From the sequence record NC_073072.1: 45,256 bases of DNA. One strand, given 5' to 3'. The translations under genes were made by a program, and so were the position numbers. The notes below the pieces were generated by a model, which saw only the letters and a program-made list of their open reading frames with translations, made no database searches and was not told the origin of the DNA. Shown piece after piece: positions 43,114 to 45,256 of the stretch. Source of the stretch: Escherichia phage bob. The first letter of the stretch is position 1; every line of letters starts with the position of its first letter.

Positions 43114-45256
43114 AAGACTTCGAACGCCTGTTTCTCGATACCGAGACATTTAGCGGGGTGGACCTGAAGAAAGTTGGGGCGTACGCCTACGCAGAGCACC
43201 CAACCACCGAGATTATGATTTGCACATACGCCATCGACGAGGGCCGCGTGCAGACATGGGATGCCACTGAATCCCCAACAATGCCGCGTGAACTGCGCAA
43301 GGCGCTTCGCCAGGTATCCCGCAAGAAAGCAAAAATCGTGATGGCTAACGGCCTCCTGTTTGACCGCCTGGTTATCCGTGAGAAGTGGGGCATCGACCTG
43401 CCGGTAAGCCAGATCGAAGACACCATGATTATGGCCTTTCGCCACGCGCTGCCCGGTAGCCTAGATATGCAGTGCCAGGTGCTGGGCGTTGACGCAGAGC
43501 ACGCGAAAGATAAGGCAGGCAAGGCGCTGATTAAACGATTCTGTAAGCCCACCCCTAAGACCTACAAAATCCGCCGCTACACACGCGAGACGCACCCCGA
43601 AGAATGGGCCAAATTCTTGCGCTATGCCGCGCTGGATATTGTTGCCATGCGTGAAGTCTACTGGCGCATACCGGACTGGGGTAATACTCAGAAGGAAGAT
43701 GAAATCCTGCTCATCGACCAGTTGATTAACGACCGCGGCTTCTACGTTGACGTTGATCTGGCGAACGCCGCGATCAAAGCGGTGCAGGCGCATAAGGAAG
43801 AATTGAAGGAAGAAGCCTGGGAGCGATTTGGTGGTAAACTGACAGGCAATGACTTCCTGCCAATCCTGCGTGATATCGCCCCGGCGTTCACAATCCACAA
43901 CGCGCAGAAATCCACACTTAACGACCTGCTTGAAGACCCGGACTTCCCCGACGAAGGCAAAGCGCTTATCGAAATGCGCCTCGGAGCGTCATCAACGGCA
44001 TCGACTAAGTACAATCCGCTCGTTAACGGCCTATCCGCAGATGGTCGCCGCCGTGGGTGTCTTCAGTATGGCGGCGCAAAGCGCACGCTACGCTGGGCCG
44101 GTAAAGGCTTCCAGCCTCAAAACCTGGCACGCGGCGAGTATAGCGACGACCACGAAGGGAAGATTAAGCGCCGCGAAGGCGAGAGCGACGTCTCGTTTTG
44201 GGTCCGGTCGCACATGCTCACCAACGGCATCAACTCCCTGTTACGCGGGACCGCACACTGGGCGTATGACATATCGAAGCTGACTGCCTCGACCGTTCGC
44301 GGGTGCATTATCCCAGCTAAGGGTAAGAAGTTTGTCGTCGCGGACTACTCCAACGTGGAAGGGCGCGGCCTTGCCTGGATCGCTGGCGAGAAAACCGCGC
44401 TAATGGTGTTTAAGGCCGGACGCGATATCTATTGTGAGACCGCCGGTAAGATGTTCGGCCTGGACCCGGACTACATTAAAGCCAACCGCAAGGACTTACG
44501 CCAGATCGGTAAGGCGTGCGAATTGGGACTGGGCTATGGTGGCGGCGTGGCAGCGTTCTTGCAGTTCGCTAAAAACCTGGGCCTCGACCTTTACACTATG
44601 GCGGACGTGATGAAGGGCACGTTCCCGGATCACATTTGGGCGGCGGCGAAACGCGGCTATGAGTACGCCCGCATTAACGAAGCGAAACGCCCACCGAAGC
44701 CTGGCAAGAAGGACGAGCGACCGACTTACATACTGCCGAAAAACGTATGGCTTACGTGTGATGCGATTAAACGCATGTGGCGCGAGGCTCACCCGAAGAC
44801 GGTAGCCTTTTGGGCCGAGCTTGAGGACGCGGTGTTGTGTGCAATCCGCAATCCTGGCAAAGCGTACTGGGCTGGCGCGAACGTTCGCCCGGATGGTAAG
44901 AAAGCGCTCAAGATAGTCCGCACGAAGGCGAAGCATGACCCAACCTTCGACGAGGAACGCGACGACCCGAACGCCGCGGGGTGGTGGTTGAAAATTGAGT
45001 TGCCGTCGGGGCGTATTATGAGTTATCCAGGCATTGCGCTGTCTGTCACTACCGAGATTGACGAAGACACCGGCAAGAAGCGCACCAGCACACGCATTAA
45101 ATATCAGGGCGAGAATCAGACGACGCGCCAGTGGGGATTCCAGTATACCTACGGCGGCAAACTGACGGAGAACATCGTGCAGGCGTTGTGTCGCGATATT
45201 CTCGCATGGTCTATGCCTGGCGTTGAAGCTGCGGGCTATGAAATCGTTCTATCGGT
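43110..45256 (+). CDS. DNA polymerase family A with 3'-5' exonuclease domain, N-terminal ~715 codons (open at window end, continues at 1..145)
   Basis: ATG 43110 with GAGGA RBS; exo motif LFLDTETFS; ...RQIGKACELGLGYGGG... motif B-like; absent from the ORF track because it has no stop within the window. Confidence 0.9.
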   Translation, partial: MKDFERLFLDTETFSGVDLKKVGAYAYAEHPTTEIMICTYAIDEGRVQTWDATESPTMPRELRKALRQVSRKKAKIVMANGLLFDRLVIREKWGIDLPVSQIEDTMIMAFRHALPGSLDMQCQVLGVDAEHAKDKAGKALIKRFCKPTPKTYKIRRYTRETHPEEWAKFLRYAALDIVAMREVYWRIPDWGNTQKEDEILLIDQLINDRGFYVDVDLANAAIKAVQAHKEELKEEAWERFGGKLTGNDFLPILRDIAPAFTIHNAQKSTLNDLLEDPDFPDEGKALIEMRLGASSTASTKYNPLVNGLSADGRRRGCLQYGGAKRTLRWAGKGFQPQNLARGEYSDDHEGKIKRREGESDVSFWVRSHMLTNGINSLLRGTAHWAYDISKLTASTVRGCIIPAKGKKFVVADYSNVEGRGLAWIAGEKTALMVFKAGRDIYCETAGKMFGLDPDYIKANRKDLRQIGKACELGLGYGGGVAAFLQFAKNLGLDLYTMADVMKGTFPDHIWAAAKRGYEYARINEAKRPPKPGKKDERPTYILPKNVWLTCDAIKRMWREAHPKTVAFWAELEDAVLCAIRNPGKAYWAGANVRPDGKKALKIVRTKAKHDPTFDEERDDPNAAGWWLKIELPSGRIMSYPGIALSVTTEIDEDTGKKRTSTRIKYQGENQTTRQWGFQYTYGGKLTENIVQALCRDILAWSMPGVEAAGYEIVLS

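Noticed and set aside
1-45256. Lysogeny module (integrase, CI-like repressor, attP) and tRNA genes
   Set aside because: No tyrosine/serine recombinase signatures or repressor/Cro pair recognised in any frame and no tRNA-like cloverleaf noticed by eye; absence is provisional without profile searches.

Overview
The window reads as a complete, circularly permuted ~45.3 kb genome of a tailed dsDNA phage (siphovirus-type, lambda-like tail module), with the break inside the family-A DNA polymerase gene: the open frame at the 3' end continues in-frame into bases 1-145. All calls come from reading the six-frame translations and the DNA by eye; no database search was run. Layout: 1-7140 (+) early/replication and DNA-modification genes (VRR-NUC, SNF2-like helicase, Dcm-like and Dam methyltransferases, HAD-like hydrolase); 7167-24565 (-) tail and capsid module (tail fibre with C-terminal chaperone, J-I-K-L-M-like proteins, tape measure, chaperone G/GT, major tail, major capsid); 24663-31280 (-) scaffold, spanin pair, MuF-like, portal, terminase; 31411-35758 (-) metallophosphatase, lysis cassette and unknowns; 36346-38974 (-) primase-helicase and an HTH protein; 39378-45256 (+) an acidic early protein, Cas4-like exonuclease, gp2.5-like SSB and the DNA polymerase start. 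No integrase, repressor, tRNA or CRISPR was recognised. Most notable non-genic signals: a ~180 bp element present twice (19.56 kb and 35.97 kb) packed with GTCCCG iterons, a TTGGTTGCA motif recurring about 18 times in intergenic DNA, a perfect 77 bp tandem duplication that frameshifts the primase-helicase 3' end, and an iteron-rich candidate origin beside that gene.
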